From Lophium mytilinum (taxonomy: Eukaryota), in assembly GCA_010093605.1 (NCBI GenBank), contig MU004195.1:1317566-1381565 (forward strand): DNA of 64,000 nt, given 5' to 3'. This document shows, piece by piece, positions 1 to 11,297 of this stretch (position 1 is its first letter; each line of letters begins with the position of its first letter). The position numbers were made by a program, and so were the translations under genes. The notes under the pieces are model-generated. The model was not told the origin of the DNA, ran no database searches, and saw nothing but the letters and a program-made list of their open reading frames with translations.

Positions 1-1155
1 CAATTGGCGAAAATATGGAACAACACCGCAACAGCTCTAAGACAGATTGCATTGGAAGGTCGTAGTAAGGACGACAAGGATTCTCATTTGGGAGATGACG
101 ACTATCTAGAGGCACATCCTGAGCGTCGCCCCGTTGTTGTCATTGATAACTTCCTGCACAAGAGCCAAGAGAGCGGCATTGTCTACGACAAGATTGCTGA
201 ATGGTGAGAGCTCTTCTCGTTCCTGCATGATATACAGTACTGACATCATATCAGGGCCGCAACTCTCACTACCAACAACATCGCCCACGTAATCTTCCTC
301 ACAAACGACGTCTCCTTCTCCAAATCTCTCAGCAAAGCTTTGCCCGACCGCGTCTTCCGCCAAATCTCCCTTTCCGACTCCAGTCCCGAAGTCGCCAAAA
401 GATTCGTCATCAACCACATCGACTCTGACGCCGACGACGAGCCCGAACCCGACGACGGCTCCAAGAAGCTCACCCCTTCCCAGCGCCGCACCGACCTCGC
501 CGAGCTAGACTCCTGCATCGAGTCCCTCGGCGGCCGCCTTACCGACCTCGAGTTCCTCGCCCGCCGCATCAAGACCGGCGAAACCCCCTACAAAGCCGTG
601 CGCGAGATCATCGAGCAATCCGCCTCGGAGATCCTAAAGATGTACATCTTCGGCACGGAGGAATCGACAGATTCGCCACGCCGATGGAGCGTCGAGCAAG
701 CCTGGTTCCTAATCAAGCAGCTCGCCACCACCGAGGAGCTGCGATACAACGAGATCCTCCTCTCTGACACGTACAAGAGCGGCGGCGAGGCCGTGCTGCA
801 GGCGCTCGAGCAGGCGGAGCTCATCAGCATCGTCGGCGGGCCTAATGGCCGTCCCGCGGCCATCAAGCCGGGTAAACCGGTGTACTTCCCTGCCTTCAAG
901 CGGTTGACCGAGGACGACGTGTTGCGCAGCAAGCTGGACCTGGCGGTTGCGACGGAGCTGATCAAGATTGAGAATGCGAACATCGATAAATATGAGAACG
1001 AGTTGTTGTTGATGTCGAAGCTGAAGAGCCAGCCGTGGCAATTGACGCCGCGGGTGCAGTGGTTGTTGGGGAAGGTGGAGGCGAGTCAGGCGAAGGTGGA
1101 GAAGTATGAGAAGGAGTGTGGGGTGTTGAAGAAGGTGCTGGGAGAGGAGTACTAG
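1..1155 (+). CDS. YME2: Mitochondrial escape protein 2 (RNA12-domain), 3' part; gene starts before the window
   Basis: Motifs YLEAHPERRPVVVIDNFLHK, LGGRLTDLEFLARRIK, NGRP..IKPGKPVY. Intron 204-254 (GTGAGA...CTGAC...CAG) joins the two ORF segments; stop TAG at 1155. Confidence 0.9.
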
Positions 1156-1933
1156 ACCGAGGACGAGAGCGGTGTATGATTAGATAGCGATGTTCTCTGT
1201 TGGCTTCAAATCGATTGAGCGTGGGCTGAACGGCGGCTTTTCTACATTTGAGGATTGACTTGAGTTGTATATATGTATCATCACTCTTCTGCTCCTCCAA
1301 CATGTGCGAAAATAGTCTCAGGTATATATTCTTGATTGCTTGCACTGGGCTTGGGTGTCCAATGATCCGTATTACGATGTTGGGTGTGCGTGCAGAAACC
1401 GCGCGCGACGCGCCGCCCGCCTCCTGCAATCCATAGACAACAAGCCAAACCACCATCTCGCCGAGCTTCACAGGCGTGATGGGGTGGACGCGAGAGCCAA
1501 AGCTCTCCAAAGATGTCCTTGCAGGATGGAAGAGCGAAAGGTGAACAACGCGAGTGGCCTCAGGGGAGGATGCTGAATAGGGTGAACGAAAACATACATG
1601 TCCAATTGTCTCCAAATTGCATCAAGAACCTTAAATGACACAGTACAAGTGATCGCAATGAGGTGAAATGATTTAAGAACTCAGAACGTGGGTACTGAGC
1701 GGGGTGGAAGAAAGTAAACAATCGCGAGACTCGCGAAAAGCCTCAAAACACCTCGAAAAACCCACTCCCAGGCGTTTCACCGCGGTGAAAAGCCTCTCAA
1801 GCCCTCCAACCCACCCAGCTCCCCTCCCCCTCACAATCCCGCAGCTCCCCGCGCGCGGGAAACCAAATGTAGCGCCCGCCTTCCTCACTGATACCATACA
1901 TACCCCATAATTCCGCTCACATTTCACTAATAA

Positions 1934-2162
1934 GCAGGTTTACCTAGTTGGTTCCGCTCTCCCTCCGAGCCCGATGCACCGCCCCTCACCAACCGAGCCG
2001 GCCGACGTCGCCAACTCGCCCCGGGTTCGATTCCCAAAGCGAGAATTAGCATGTACGGTACTTGCAATAAGCTAACCTACGGGCGTGAGCATGTGAACCG
2101 GCTACGGAGAAAACCTGGAGAACGGGTTTTCTACACCTCCCATCGGGGGAGGTGGTGTTTTT
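1934..2162 (+). ncRNA. Putative Pol III-transcribed structured ncRNA of unknown family
   Basis: A-box-like TACCTAGTTGG at 1941-1951, B box GGTTCGATTCC at 2024-2034, several stems, two 3' hairpins, then T5 (2158-2162) and longer T runs. No tRNA cloverleaf. Confidence 0.55.
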
Positions 2163-2186
2163 GCTCTTTTGATCTTTTTTTTTTTT
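2158..2186 (+). terminator. Pol III-type oligo-T terminator
   Basis: TTTTT, TTTT and a T12 run immediately after the last hairpin of the ncRNA candidate. Confidence 0.5.
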
Positions 2187-2784
2187 GGTGTTTTTGTGTT
2201 GTTTTTGCGTTGTGAGCGCCGGTTTGGCGGGAATCGCCCGACAGCACGTAAATGGAGTAGACTGGACTAATGAGTATGCGTATACTACACGCTCATGCGA
2301 GTGGTGTTCTGCTCCAGGGATATTCTGTTTACTTTTTTAGTGTTGGTAGACTGGGTTCGACGAAAATCTTGAGAGGCATAAGAGGATGCCATTTCTCCGA
2401 GATCGCAAAAGGAAGAACTTACGTAGACACCACTCTGGAGAACCATGAACCTTGTTTGCTCTAGCTTTCTCCGATTTCTATAACAAGTGCGCATGGAGAC
2501 GAGTCGCAAAAGTAAGGCGAAGCAAGATTGAAACAGAAGAAGTGGTACGAGAAGGTGTGCTTCGGTGGTCTCTTTAGAGAATGACATACTTCCAGTCGCT
2601 ACCTACCATCTAACGCTGGTGATACGCCGCGGGTGCTATCATCGTAGAAGGGTTGATAACATCTCTACCTAATCCAAGAGTTTTCTGCTTCTTGACTCGG
2701 CGCTGGAGATGACTGGCCTGCTCGACGGCCTACCTAGATGCTCTCTCTGGAGACTGTTCTATCTTACCCATCTCCCCCATACCT

Positions 2785-3895
2785 TCAACCTCCCCTCGGC
2801 GGAGGCGGCCTCATCAGCCGATTCCTAAACGCATTCCCCAGCCCAGGCCCCCTCGCCGCAGCAGGAGAACTCCCCACAAACGAGCTCCCTCCCATCATGG
2901 AGCTCCCATCTTCACTAAACATACTCGTCCTCGCAGCAGCGCCACTTCTCGCCCCCAGCCTCCTCCCACTCTGCGGCCTATTGATACCACTCCTCCTCCC
3001 CTCGAAGCTCATCTCCTCCATCTCGGAGCTCTCATCCTCCAGCTCGGTATCCGTATGCTGATAGCTCCCCGCCTCCGGCACATCATCATCCAAATCCCGC
3101 TCATCCTGCAGCACGCCCGCCATATCCGCCTCCTCCATCTCCAGCATCTGCTCGACATCCGCCTGCACCATGCTGCCCTCAATAAAAGAGTCCTCATTAA
3201 ACGTCATCTCGGCCTCCGTCTGCTCAAGCCCATCCTCGCTCCCCATCTCGCTCGTGCTCTGCACCTCATCGCTGTCTTCGGCCTCCGCTTCGGGCACCTC
3301 GTCGTCCAGATCCCGCTCTTCCTCATCTCCGTCTCCCTCCTCTTCGCCGGCCTCCCGTTGCGCGGCAAGCTCCTCTGCTTCCTGGAGAGCAGCCATGTCG
3401 GCGAGCGCCTGCTCCCGCCGCGCGAGGATCTCTTGCTCCTCCCGCTCGGCTGCCTCGTCCATGGTTGCTTGGTATGTCTTCGGTACGCCTGGGGGACGGA
3501 TCCAGCCCGCGCCGAAACGCCTCACATTCTGCTTGCGCTGGAGGATCGAGTTCTCATCCGCAGCTAAAGACGCGAGGGTACTGCGCGTAGAGCCGGCATG
3601 GGTGTGGTGGGAGTGCGGGCGGCGTTGTTGCTGGTGGTGCGGTGGGGGCGCGTTGTTTGGGTCTGTGGAAGAGGAGACGGGGCTGTCGAGGGAGCTAAGG
3701 CGGGAGGTTGGGTGGGAGGGCCAGAGGGTGGAGTCCTGCGGATTGAAGGTTAGAGGTCTGAAGTTTGAGGTTTCTGTTTGTAGAGTGTGTATGTAAGATT
3801 TCTGGGAGGGGCAATTCTAAGGCTGAAACCCGCAAGGGAGGCTGTGTTGGGGCGGGACTTACGTCGCGGGGTGTTATGAGGGGGAGGGAGAGCAT
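2785..3895 (-). CDS. Apc15p-domain protein (APC/C subunit Mnd2/Apc15-like)
   Basis: Exon 1 MLSLPLITPRD (3895-3863), intron GTAAGT...TCTAAC...CAG, exon 2 3735-2785 in frame. Contains RRFGAGWIRPPGVPKT and acidic ERDLDDDVPEA repeats typical of fungal Apc15. Confidence 0.75.
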
Positions 3896-4607
3896 TGTGG
3901 ATTGTAGTTTGTTTGTGTGTATGAGAGGGTGGTGGTGGGAGGGAAGTTGCTGGGTTGAGCTTCACGACATTGAAGATGTTGTCAGGGAATAGAGTTGTGG
4001 AGTAGGTAGAAGTAGGAACAAACACGAAACAAACACCTGGGCATGCTTGCAAGCATCGCCAAGCTAGCTATGTAAGAGGTCTCGCCGTTGGTGCTGCAGT
4101 AGGCTAGCCGGCCGCCAGTATAGACAGGATCATCATGCTAATTGCGGCCAATCAGCATGGGCGTGAACGCAGCGTGCTCGATTGGTGAGGCTCCCATGCT
4201 CCCTTACCTCGCACCTCGCACCCATGGCTCCAACACTCCAGCACCGGCTATATCATCAGTGCCCGCTGCTCTGGAACCGTCCCAAGCTTGACTTTCCATT
4301 GTTCCTCTCGCTTCTCCTCTCGAAAAAGTAGCCTCGTGTCAGTTCGTTCCGAGGAAACACTCGACTTTACGGATACTCCTCCGACTTGGCTTCCATAAAG
4401 CTCCTCCAATCCCACCGCTGTCACCTCTTTTCGACTCCCGCTATCGTTCCAGCTACAGCTTCTACTCCACCATCGCTCTCGAACCCAAAAAAACACAAAA
4501 AGCCGCGGCCGTACCCGCAATAGCGCTCACTACCCCAGCGTCCTCCAAACTTATTTCAACCACCACTACTTCGCACCCACCACCAAACCCCCTCAATCAA
4601 CTTCAAA

Positions 4608-4886
4608 ATGAAACTCCCAACCACAGCCCTCCTTCTCACAACCACCACACTCACCTCCGCCCTCGCCCTCCCCCAACTCCAACTCAACCTCCACCGCTCC
4701 ACCACCGCAACCTCGGCCTCACCAACCCGCCCCATCCCCCAGCTCCCCATGCACACAACCGCCCTCATGGCCGGCGCAGCCTGGACGCCCGCCGCAAACC
4801 CCTCGCCCACTTCAGGCACCCCTCAGGCGCCCACCTCGGCGCCAACGAGCTCGACAAAGCCAGGAAAAGAGTGGCGGGATTTATGA
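4608..4886 (+). CDS. Small secreted Ser/Thr/Pro-rich protein
   Basis: Strong start context TTCAAAATG, signal-peptide-like MKLPTTALLLTTTTLTSALA, CT-rich leader upstream. No recognised family. Confidence 0.5.
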   Translation: MKLPTTALLLTTTTLTSALALPQLQLNLHRSTTATSASPTRPIPQLPMHTTALMAGAAWTPAANPSPTSGTPQAPTSAPTSSTKPGKEWRDL

Positions 4887-5708
4887 CCGCAGCCATTCGC
4901 AGTTCTCTCAACGCATGTACGTTTTGAACTATCCTTCGAGTAAAAAAAGACTAGGGGCATTCCCAAAGCCCCATCATGGCCTTCCCAAATCCCCATACCA
5001 GTTTTCCCAAAAACGCGGTCGCGCGACAGCCCGCACCGCAGAATGACGGAGGCGGCTTGTCCAGCTAGTTCTAGTCGATTGCGATTTTGCCCTGCAGCGC
5101 GCTAACGCGGTCTAGACAGGCTGGTTGACAGCGCACTAATCAACCTTTTTCCACGGGTTGACGTCAAAAGGGGTTCAGAAGCTGAAGCAGTCTGGATTTT
5201 CGCGTTCTTGGTTGCCTGGTGGTCGGTCGGTCTGACATGCATTGCATTACAATAGGAGGAGGTATACCCATGTTTGATCGGTTCGGCGCTACTGGAGTTT
5301 GCTCTTCTGGGGAATGGAGTGTCAGCTTTTCATGACGCAAGGATCAGGGCGGGGCGTCGGGATTCGGGTTTACATAGCGAGGCGTTTTTGGAGTTTTGAG
5401 AATTGCAGGGGCTGGATGTTTTGCATTAGGGGGATTGGATGGGTGTGTACATGAAGGAGTCGACAGGGCTGCGGAAAAGAGCACAAGAATCACGGAGAGT
5501 TCTGGTATTCATGTGGAACGTGTATTCTAGACATGTACCCAGTCTATACGGATTCTCCTCTTAAACGGATAGCAAAGCTACCGCTCTGCGCATTTTGATC
5601 AAGCACATCGTCCACTTCTCAGGGAATATCTACTCAACGCAAAACACTAGCAAAGGCACCGCCATATGCCCACTAATGACACAACTCATCGAGCCATACA
5701 GACGACCT

Positions 5709-8700
5709 CTACTCCAAATACCCGTTCGCCTTCAACCACTCCCGAATAACCGCCTCATCCCGCTTCCGATACGTAGCCTGTCCAAGAATCGTATCATTAA
5801 CAACCGCCAGGCCGCGATCAAAGCCCCTAACGTCCTTATCCTTGAAGAACGCCCTAATCTCATCCGCCACCTCAAAGCTCGCGAACTTAGCCAAGCCCGC
5901 CCGCAAGAAGCGCTCCAGCACCACCATGTTGCCGCTGAGGAGCGGGAACACAGTCTGGTCCCAGTTGTCGCGGACGTACTTCCAGAGCTCGTAGCGCACG
6001 TTTGCGTTGTTGGCCATGGCGATGCCGCCCGAGTGCTTGTCCTGTACCGCCACTGACGACGAGAAGAGGAAGGTGAGGAACTCTTGGGCGAGCTCGGGGG
6101 TCTGCACGCGGCCGAGGGACTGGAGGCAGATTTCTTTGCCGTCGATGGAGGTTGTGGTGGTGTATTCCTTGACGAGTGCTTCGTAGGCTGGTCGGCCGCC
6201 CTCGGTGACAGCGGTGCGGTAGACGGCGCCACGGAGCGAGGGAGGGATTGCTTTGGCGTCTTTGCCTGAGGAGACGAGCTCGAAACGGCGAAGACTCTCT
6301 TTGATGATGCTAGTGGAGAGTCAGTGTTGGGTATACTGTAACGAGACTGTGATGAACTTACCCTTCATGTCCAGCGGCAGCGGCAGCTCCAGTAAGGAGG
6401 ACTCGCAGCTGACCCTGCAAGTAGGTCTCCCCTTTCTTGGCTTCCCATCCAACCTTCTCGGCAGCCGGAGTGAGTAGCTTAAGAGCGAACTTCTTCAAGC
6501 CCCTGTGGACATCCTCGATATCTGAAAACACGCTCTGGATGTTCACCAGATTGCCAGTGATCTGAGACCAGACTAGGTAGTCGGTTTCGTCCCCGAAGCG
6601 CTCAATGAGTGCGAGGAAACCAGTCGTCTTCGCATAGCCAGACACCCCCAGAGCATATGCATCTCCAATAAGGCCAACCTGTGCATTGATTAGCATACCT
6701 TCCAAGAGTTCACATGGAGAGAACATACCTTATCCTCAACACTCAGTTTAGCCTTCAGCTCGCCAAGCTTAGCCAGCCGCGCTGGTGGATAATTAGTCCG
6801 ATAGAAGCCGTTCTGGTTGGCATTGAGCTTGTAATAGTTCTCATCGACATCCCTAATCGTCTCCGTCTTGGCCGTGAGAGCTTTGACGCTGTGTTGCTTT
6901 ATCTCCTGGCCTGGGGCGCCCGTTGTCAGTCCCAGAGGAAGCCACCAGGTGGTCTCATCTTCTTCTGGTTTCACGTCTCCAGTAAGCAAGAATCTCTCTT
7001 GCTTGACGGAGATCTGGCCAGGTTCTTCTGCAACGGTCACGACTGGGAACCCAATCTTGCGAATCCACAGATCCATGAAATGGTTCACATCTTGTCCAGA
7101 AGCCTTGCTCAAGGCGGACCACAAATCGTTCGTTGTCGCATTTCCGTACTTGTGTGCGTTTAGGTAATCCGTAACTCCAGCGAGGAAAACTTCATCCGTG
7201 AGATGCGCGCTCAGCATTCGAATGACTGAGCTACCCTTCAGATAACTAATAGCGTCGAAGATCTGGTCGACTTCAAGAGCGTCCTTGACGGGAACTTCGA
7301 TTGGATGAGAAGTGCGGAGCGAATCTAATTGGAAGGCTGATTGAACAGATTCGGACTAGGTTAGAGTGTGACTGTTAGCAAGATATGATATGTGCGAGGT
7401 ACCTCGAGATCGTGCACGTACGACGAACTGTCCCCATACGTTCCACTCTAGAATCGCCGTTAGATTTGTACGGCCATAGGAGATATCGTGGGGTCAACTT
7501 ACCGGGATACAAATGGTCGATGGCATACCATCCGACCCACGTTGCAAATCCTTCGTTCAACCAGAGCTAGTTCGAGGTTAGCTACGTGACACACTGCAAT
7601 GCGTACGCGTCTACTGACTTCATTCCACCAATCCATAGTCACGAGATTTCCAAACCATTGATGAGCAAGCTCGTGGGCCACGACGTACGCAACTCGATTC
7701 TTGTAGCCCTGAGCTGATTCGGCTTCATCGAAGAGCACCGCCGTAGTTCTGCTCGAGGTCAGTCGCTGTTTATGTATGACTACGACCTCAACGCTTACCG
7801 GTAGGTGATTAAACCCCAGTTCTCCATAGCACCGTGAGACTAGAAACCACCGGTCAGCCGCCGATGCTCATCCAGAAGTCAATGGGGGTACATATTGCTG
7901 TCTGAAAATGGCTTAGAGGCTAAATGACATGCAGGGTAGAAGAACAAGCTGTGCTCATCATAGAAACAAAGTGAAGAATAACTTACGAATTCATGGACTG
8001 CGATAAGATCAACTTTAGGAAGCGGATAGTCGATTTTGAAGATCTAGTCGAGTTAGTCGAGGAACAAGTAGAGAGAAAGTGGCAGGACAAACCTCCGAAT
8101 AGAGATCCACAATCTTCTTCGCGTTCTCCAGAGCAAACTCGCCTTGATGTCTCAGTCCCCTCGTGGTGTAGACACGAACAGGAATCCGCGCTCCATTGTA
8201 CTTGCGATCTGTACGGTCCTCGACGTACTCGAAGTCTCCCACAGCCCAGGCTAGAAGGTAGGTGCTCATGATCGGGGTACGGTCGAATGAAACGACGTGC
8301 CAGCCTTTCTTAGTCTCCTTCTTTTCCTTCTTCTCTGGCATGTTGCTCAAGGCAACCTGGTCCTTTGGAATCTCGAGGTCTACATCAAAGGTGGCCTTCA
8401 AGTTCGGCTCGTCGAAGCAAGGGAATGCTCTACGGGCGTCGCAGGACTCGAATTGGGTGCTGAACATGTAGTGGAAGTCATCCACCTGGGGTACAGACTT
8501 GGCTGGCGATCCTGTGGGCTTGTACCTCGAGCGGTAGAAACCAGCCATGAGCTACCGGTCGAAGTCAGCATGGTTTCTATGTTTATCCCAAGCTTCCAAT
8601 ATCACATACGTTGTTCATGGTCCCCTGAAACTTGACCACAAGAGTTGCCTTGGAGGTGACCGGCGACTCCTCGTCAAACACCAACGTAGCCCGCTGCTTG

Positions 8701-9008
8701 TCAGCATCATAGGTAATGTCTGAGGCCTTGAAAGTCTGCTCCGTCTTTGTATGCTCCGTCTTGAGCTCCGCGCTGTGTATCTTGAGCTGGAGGGAGTTGA
8801 GGACAATCTCCTTGGTGCTCTTCTTGATGTCGAGATCGATTGCTACGGTGCCTTGGTAACTCCAGTCTCCGCCAAGCTCGAGGTCATAGAGGGAAATGGA
8901 GTAGTGGGACGGCTTGACCCTGCATCCAATCTTCTGTCAGCTTCATGCTCATGGCTACTATAGGGCTTCCACTCACGTGTCGGGGAGGATATCTCTGTCG
9001 GACGCCAT
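5709..9008 (-). CDS. APE2: M1 family (puromycin-sensitive / Ape2-Aap1-like) aminopeptidase, multi-exon
   Basis: MASDRDILP start; [57 protein letters not shown] zinc motifs; ERAP1-like C-terminus; many canonical short introns. Confidence 0.9.
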
Positions 9009-9606
9009 GATGACAGAGCTGGGTTTTGCTACAGCAGTGTAGAACCTCGCCTTGATGCTAATTGAACTACAGCTTCCTAAAGGTGAGAAACGGAGCTGGT
9101 GTAACGCGGTTTGATTGAATGCCTGGCTGCCTAGACGTCTGAAGCTGTTGATGGCGGGACTCCTCGGTGCTTTATCCCAGATGCGGATTCGAGAACAATG
9201 CCTCGAGACGAACAATAGAAAGGCCAGGACTGGGGAGCTTGAGGCAGGAACGAGGTCCGAACCAGTTATATAAAGCGTGGCGTGTTGTTCCTGTGCCGTC
9301 AACGCTTTGCTTCGGCGCGGCCATACATGACAAACAAGGACCCCCACCTCACCCCGCAGTCGATCTGCGGTGATGCAACCTGAGACGGGAGGTGCGTGCG
9401 AATTCAATCCACTACCAAGCGTAAATAAATCTTGGAGATGCCTTAAAAAGTATTGAGCCGGAGAGGACTCGTATCCACAGGGGGTCACTAATTACACACC
9501 CTTTCACTCCACGCATACTCCCTCTCCGGTCAATTTACTACCATCTGATTGGCTTGGAGGAGCTAGATCTTGCTCCGGGCATTCACTGCCATATGCATCC
9601 GCACGC

Positions 9607-9750
9607 CGTAGCCCTACCTGTAGCCCTTCGGATTTCCCGACCTGTAAATCTGCCCATAGCCCTACCTATAGAGTTGCCTGTAGCCCTACCTATAGCCCTA
9701 CATGTAGCCTTATTTGTAGCCCTAGTTATAGTCCTACCTGTAGGCCTACG
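9607..9750. repeat. Degenerate 12-bp tandem repeat (GTAGCCCTACCT-like), about 10-12 units
   Basis: Repeated (G/A)TAGCCCTAC(C/A)T units visible between the aminopeptidase promoter and the BC10 gene. Confidence 0.7.
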
Positions 9751-10320
9751 TAAGGCTTTATGAAATAGTAAGGTTACACAGCCTCTCTGTACATAATATA
9801 GTGCATCCGAAAGGGAAGCTGAGATAAAAATTCTATTTTCGCGTTATTTTACGTCGAGAGCTAAGGTTGCCAGTGGTATCGAAGAAAGTGGATATGTAGC
9901 GCCAGTGAATACACGCTTTCGTCTGCCCATTACCCCCATCTGCAGCCTGGAAGTAGGCAGGACCCTGCAGAGCCGTTTCCCTATGTTGAAGACCCAAACG
10001 TTAGAACCGTGACGCCGTCCGATGCTCATCGAAATGCACGCGCCGCGCAATCATCCAGCAGTATGCCCCTAAGAGTTCAAGGAAATCCCAATCTCAAGAA
10101 TCCTAGCCGGCGATCGCATGAAGGGTGTGCTGTGTCTGGAGGATTGTCGTAAACAGAGTGCCGTGGCGACCATCAGAGCAGCTTTCCCATTCCGTCCCGA
10201 CTCTTGAGGCTCAATGAGGTCGTCATATAGAACCACTCAGAGATTCCGAGCATTCATCTCACAACCTAACCTCGTCCTTGATTCTACGAGATAACATGAT
10301 CTCGCGTCGTTCTGTAGTAC

Positions 10321-10822
10321 TCAGATCCGCACAAGGACATCCAGACACGGTATCCGCCACTCCTTCTTCCCCACCAAGCCCTTCGCCCACTCGAATCCCG
10401 CCCCTCCACTGACCTGCGGCACTGGGGGCGCCTTCCGGCGCAGCGTGTCCACCGCCGCCTTGATCACCGTCGTAGCCGTGCTATTAACCGCCGAGGCGAG
10501 AATCGAAGCCGTCTCCACGAGCGGGTCTCTGAGCGGCGTTGTGGTATTTCTAGAGGTCGAGGAGGCATCTTCGGCCGGCAGCTGCGGCTCGAACCATGCG
10601 GTGTGGAAGTCGAAGAGGGAGACTACGAGGATGGCGAGGAGGAGGGAGCAGTAGACGCAAGGGCGGTTGAGGAAGTATGTCGCCGAGATGAAGAGGACGA
10701 GGTAGACGGGTGAAGCGCTGGTTCTGTGCCTCCGAGAATCAGTAGCTGCAGTGAATGGTGAGGAGGAAAGCGGAGACATACAAGAAGAAAAGTATGGGTA
10801 TCCAGCTTCGTAAACAGAACAT
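10321..10822 (-). CDS. BC10/BLCAP (bladder cancer-associated protein) family membrane protein
   Basis: Exon 1 MFCLRSWIPILFF (10822-10782), intron 10781-10724 GTATGT...CTGAT...CAG, exon 2 TSASPVYLVLFISATYFLNRPCVYCSLLL. MxCL..W start and RPCxxC match BC10 family. Confidence 0.8.
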
Positions 10823-11297
10823 CGTAGCCTGGTGGTCCCCCGTGGGGAGATGGCGCCTGGAGGGCGTTGCACCAGCCGGGGACAAAGAGTGTGAAAGAGA
10901 GACGATGGAAAGGTTGGTGAGGATGAAGGATTATAGAAGAATGAGGAAGGAGTAGTGAGATGGCGGGTGGTACGCGGTGATGGTGTCAAAGGCACGAGTT
11001 GGATTTATCTTGGTTTGGAGATCGAAGCGGAGGACTCGGAAGTGGCAGGGGTGGCGTTTGAGACAGGTGAACGCCGTCGACACGGACAGCTTTCCGCAAT
11101 TCCATGCAGGATGCAAAAGTAAAGAACTGAATTATATTTGAGCTAGGATGAATTTCTTTGCGAAGATCGTGCGCTGCCTTTCGCCTTTCGCCATTCACCT
11201 TTCCCAGCGCGACGGATCATCTATCATAGGTATTAATCATTCAATCAGTAAGGCAGAACCTCCATCACGAAGAAGGTGGCCAATCCTCGTTCAGAAG

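Noticed and set aside
1934..2043. tRNA gene suggested by D-loop-like TAGTTGG and T-loop GTTCGATTC
   Set aside because: No 7-bp acceptor stem, incomplete T stem and no anticodon arm.
2036..2080. U6 snRNA suggested by GAGAATTAGCATG
   Set aside because: Lacks ACAGAGA and the downstream GCCCCTG..AAGGATGA; the apparent GTACGG...GCTAAC spacing is too short for an intron.
7356..7420. Stwintron suggested by two branch/acceptor motifs
   Set aside because: About 65 nt is too short for nested introns; at most an alternative acceptor.
7840..7986. Box C/D snoRNA in a longer aminopeptidase intron (ATGATGA ... CTGA, minus strand)
   Set aside because: The CTGA is the branch-site CTGAC, there is no terminal stem, and I could not identify an rRNA-complementary guide.
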